Positions 55,883 to 58,403 of a DNA stretch of 58,403 bases are shown in pieces. The notes under the pieces were generated by a model. The model made no database searches. It saw only the letters and a program-made list of their open reading frames with translations, and was not told the DNA's origin. The translations under genes and the position numbers were made by a program. How positions within the stretch are numbered: the stretch's first letter is position 1; the number at the start of each line of letters is the position of its first letter. This DNA is from a virus (lineage: Duplodnaviria; Caudoviricetes), in the IMG/VR virus record IMGVR_UViG_3300023283_000094, positions 1 to 58,403 of that record; one strand, given 5' to 3'.

Positions 55883-58403
55883 TGGGACTCGGTAGGATAG
55901 GTAGTTTCGTCGTAGGTGGTGTACTGGCTGCCGGTGGCGCGGTGTTGAGCTTCTTCGTACCGCCGGCCGGTATAGCGCTATCTACCGTCGGGCTCGGCCT
56001 ACTGGAGCGCGGCGTACAACTCGGCAGGCTACAGAGCGGTATCGAGCGTAACGTCGCGTCTAACGTGGCCGATCTGCCGGTCGTATGGGGTACCGCGCGA
56101 CTGGGCGGCAGGCTACACGAGACGCGCGTCGACCCCAACGACAGGGATATCCTGGCACGCGGTGTGACGCTATGTGTGGCGGGCGAGAACGGCGACGGTG
56201 TCCAGGACATACGCGAGATCAAGTTCGATGATATATTGGTGGTTGGCGATCCGGATCTCGACGTCGATAACGTCGACACGAACGTAGAGAGCTTTTTCGA
56301 CGGTAACGTACGCTACAGTACGCGCACGGGCCGCGACGACCAGACGGTAGACACCGAGATGAACAGCAGGTTCCCGAGTGCGTGGCCCACAACGTCGCGC
56401 GGCCGGGGCCTTGCGTACATCAACACGTTCCTTGAGTTCGATCGTGAGATATTCTCAAGCGGTATCCCCAACATAACCGCACTGGTAGACGGCAACAAGA
56501 TATGGGACCCGCGCACCGACCAGTGGCTGTTCAGTGCCGCCGACAGCACGGGCAGTCCGGGTCAGGACCCCGGCCGCAACCCGCCACTGGGAGCACTCGA
56601 CTATCTAACGTCCGATAAATACGGGCTGGGCGCCAACTACCCGGAACGCGACGCCGACGGTACTATATCAGAGATCGACGAACAGAGCTTCATCGATACG
56701 GCCAACCTATCCGATCAGGACACGATAGACGGTACCAAGCGGTTCTCCGCTAACGGGTGGCTGGGTACCGACAACTCACTTATACGTAACCTCAATTCGA
56801 TACTGTCGGCGTGCCGCGGCGAGATAATATACCAGGGCGGTAGGTTCAAGATCATCATCCGCACGGCACAGAACCCCGTCGATTTCGTGCTGGACGAAAC
56901 TAACATCATCGGCGATTGGACGTGGACGCGTAGCGGTAGCGGCGACACGCCCAATAGGATAAGAGCGACTTATATCGACGCGTCGCGCGAGCAGTCGGCC
57001 AACGAGGTGGTGTGGCCGGAGATAGGCCAGCCAAACGCATTCCTGGAATCCGATAACGGTATCCGACAGGAACGCAGTATCGACCTGCCGATGACCGACA
57101 ACGCTGCTACGGCCAAGCAAATTGCTATGGTCATATTGCGCGAATTGCGCGAAGACGTTACGGTCGAGGTGACGGCTACCGACGCCGCCCTACAACTCGA
57201 AGTCGGTGACGTCGTTAAGGTAAGCCACCCGACACCCGGTTGGACGGACAAGGAGTTCTGGGTGGTGGCGATGGGTCTCAACCCCGATTTCACTGTCAGG
57301 CTGGGGCTGCGCGAATTCAACGCGGATGCATATTCACTGGTCGACACCGACCCCGTACCGACGGTACCCGGCGGTAACCCGCCAGACCCGTTCTCCATCG
57401 ACCCGGTGACCAGCCTGGTGCTGACATCGGACATGGCAACGCAGCGTGTAACGCCGGCAGGCGACAAGATACCACAGATACTGGCTACGTGGACGCCACC
57501 CGCCGACACGTTTTTCGATAGATCGGAAGTGGCGGTACGCCGCACCAAGGACGCTACCGGAAGCCCGGTATCCGAAGATTTCGAGCAGTTGGAGGACGTA
57601 GACGCGTCCGAGTTGTTGGGTAACGGCGACCAGCAGAAGATCATCGCGCGCGGTGTTGAGGGTGAGGAGTGGGAGGTCAAGGTAACGGCCGTCAACACCA
57701 AGGGCATACGGTCGACGCCCGTCACCGCACTTGTAGTGTTGGACACCGACTTCGTGGCCTCGGACATCGGCGGTGCGTTCGTGCTGGAGGACATCCAGGA
57801 GGACGACTTCGATGGCGACGGTACCGTCGAGGGTCGGCTCACGCTGACGATAGCGGCGGCCAGCGGTACGTTCGACGTGGAGTTCGCCACGCGGCAGGGT
57901 CGCGGCACGACGTGGAACACACAGCCGCTCGTGACCGGTCTGTCGTCCGGTCAGCAGACGTCACAGGACGTCGACCTGACCGAAGGCCAGAACGCATTCA
58001 TCCGATACGAACTGTTTAGGGGTGGCACCACGGAAAGCCTGGCGCGGTCGGTCGTCACGTTCGATCCCGACGCCGTGGCCGAGGTCGGCCCGCCGGAAAT
58101 CACGCTGGACGCCGATCGCAACGTCATCGTGTCGGGCAGCGGCGATTCCGATACCACCGAGATACGCGCACGCGTCGGCATCGACGCCGACCCCGTCGAC
58201 CCCGACGGCACAGTCGACGACGACCTCGTGATCAACGCGCGTGCGGGCACCGGTAGCACGGGCGTCAAGCTGTCGCGCGGCCAGACGGCACACGTCAAGA
58301 TACGCGGCGTGAACGCCAACAGCGAACTGGGACCCGTGACCGAGGGTAGGCTGCGGTTCGGCGACACGCGCGGTGGTATCGTCGAAGAGAACATCGCGGA
58401 AAC
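55882..58403 (+). CDS. tail tip/host-specificity J-like protein, runs off the window (absent from ORF track)
   Basis: ATG 55882; LPVVWGTARLGG, RGLAY, GIPNITALVDGNKIWDPRT, LEVGDVVKV. Confidence 0.85.
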   Translation, partial: MGLGRIGSFVVGGVLAAGGAVLSFFVPPAGIALSTVGLGLLERGVQLGRLQSGIERNVASNVADLPVVWGTARLGGRLHETRVDPNDRDILARGVTLCVAGENGDGVQDIREIKFDDILVVGDPDLDVDNVDTNVESFFDGNVRYSTRTGRDDQTVDTEMNSRFPSAWPTTSRGRGLAYINTFLEFDREIFSSGIPNITALVDGNKIWDPRTDQWLFSAADSTGSPGQDPGRNPPLGALDYLTSDKYGLGANYPERDADGTISEIDEQSFIDTANLSDQDTIDGTKRFSANGWLGTDNSLIRNLNSILSACRGEIIYQGGRFKIIIRTAQNPVDFVLDETNIIGDWTWTRSGSGDTPNRIRATYIDASREQSANEVVWPEIGQPNAFLESDNGIRQERSIDLPMTDNAATAKQIAMVILRELREDVTVEVTATDAALQLEVGDVVKVSHPTPGWTDKEFWVVAMGLNPDFTVRLGLREFNADAYSLVDTDPVPTVPGGNPPDPFSIDPVTSLVLTSDMATQRVTPAGDKIPQILATWTPPADTFFDRSEVAVRRTKDATGSPVSEDFEQLEDVDASELLGNGDQQKIIARGVEGEEWEVKVTAVNTKGIRSTPVTALVVLDTDFVASDIGGAFVLEDIQEDDFDGDGTVEGRLTLTIAAASGTFDVEFATRQGRGTTWNTQPLVTGLSSGQQTSQDVDLTEGQNAFIRYELFRGGTTESLARSVVTFDPDAVAEVGPPEITLDADRNVIVSGSGDSDTTEIRARVGIDADPVDPDGTVDDDLVINARAGTGSTGVKLSRGQTAHVKIRGVNANSELGPVTEGRLRFGDTRGGIVEENIAE

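Noticed and set aside
1-58403. Stop-codon reassignment
   Set aside because: Core genes are intact in the standard code and end in TAA, TAG and TGA

Overview
A 58.4-kb piece of a tailed dsDNA phage (siphovirus-type tail) in two divergent arms. The minus-strand arm (about 0.3-28.6 kb) carries replication/recombination genes (DUF1376-like, PD-(D/E)xK exonuclease, SSB-like), an amide/peptide-ligase cluster (ATP-grasp, two class-II glutamine amidotransferases, two COOH-NH2 ligases), a metallophosphoesterase, a SLOG protein, a methyltransferase-like protein, tRNA-Ile2(CAT) and many small ORFs. A control region (27.9-31.6 kb) holds divergent sigma-54-type promoters, IHF-like repeats and small plus-strand genes. 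The plus-strand arm (31.7 kb to the end) encodes a fibre module, terminase, portal, protease, capsid and tail. Most unusual: both amidotransferases appear to start at ATT/ATC directly before the catalytic Cys; two class-3 inteins sit six residues apart in the terminase Walker A; a UDG-like domain is fused into the prohead protease; four unrelated early proteins share a D[DE]LLxxY motif; and there are several consensus sigma-54 sites. All family calls are motif recognition by eye, not database results.
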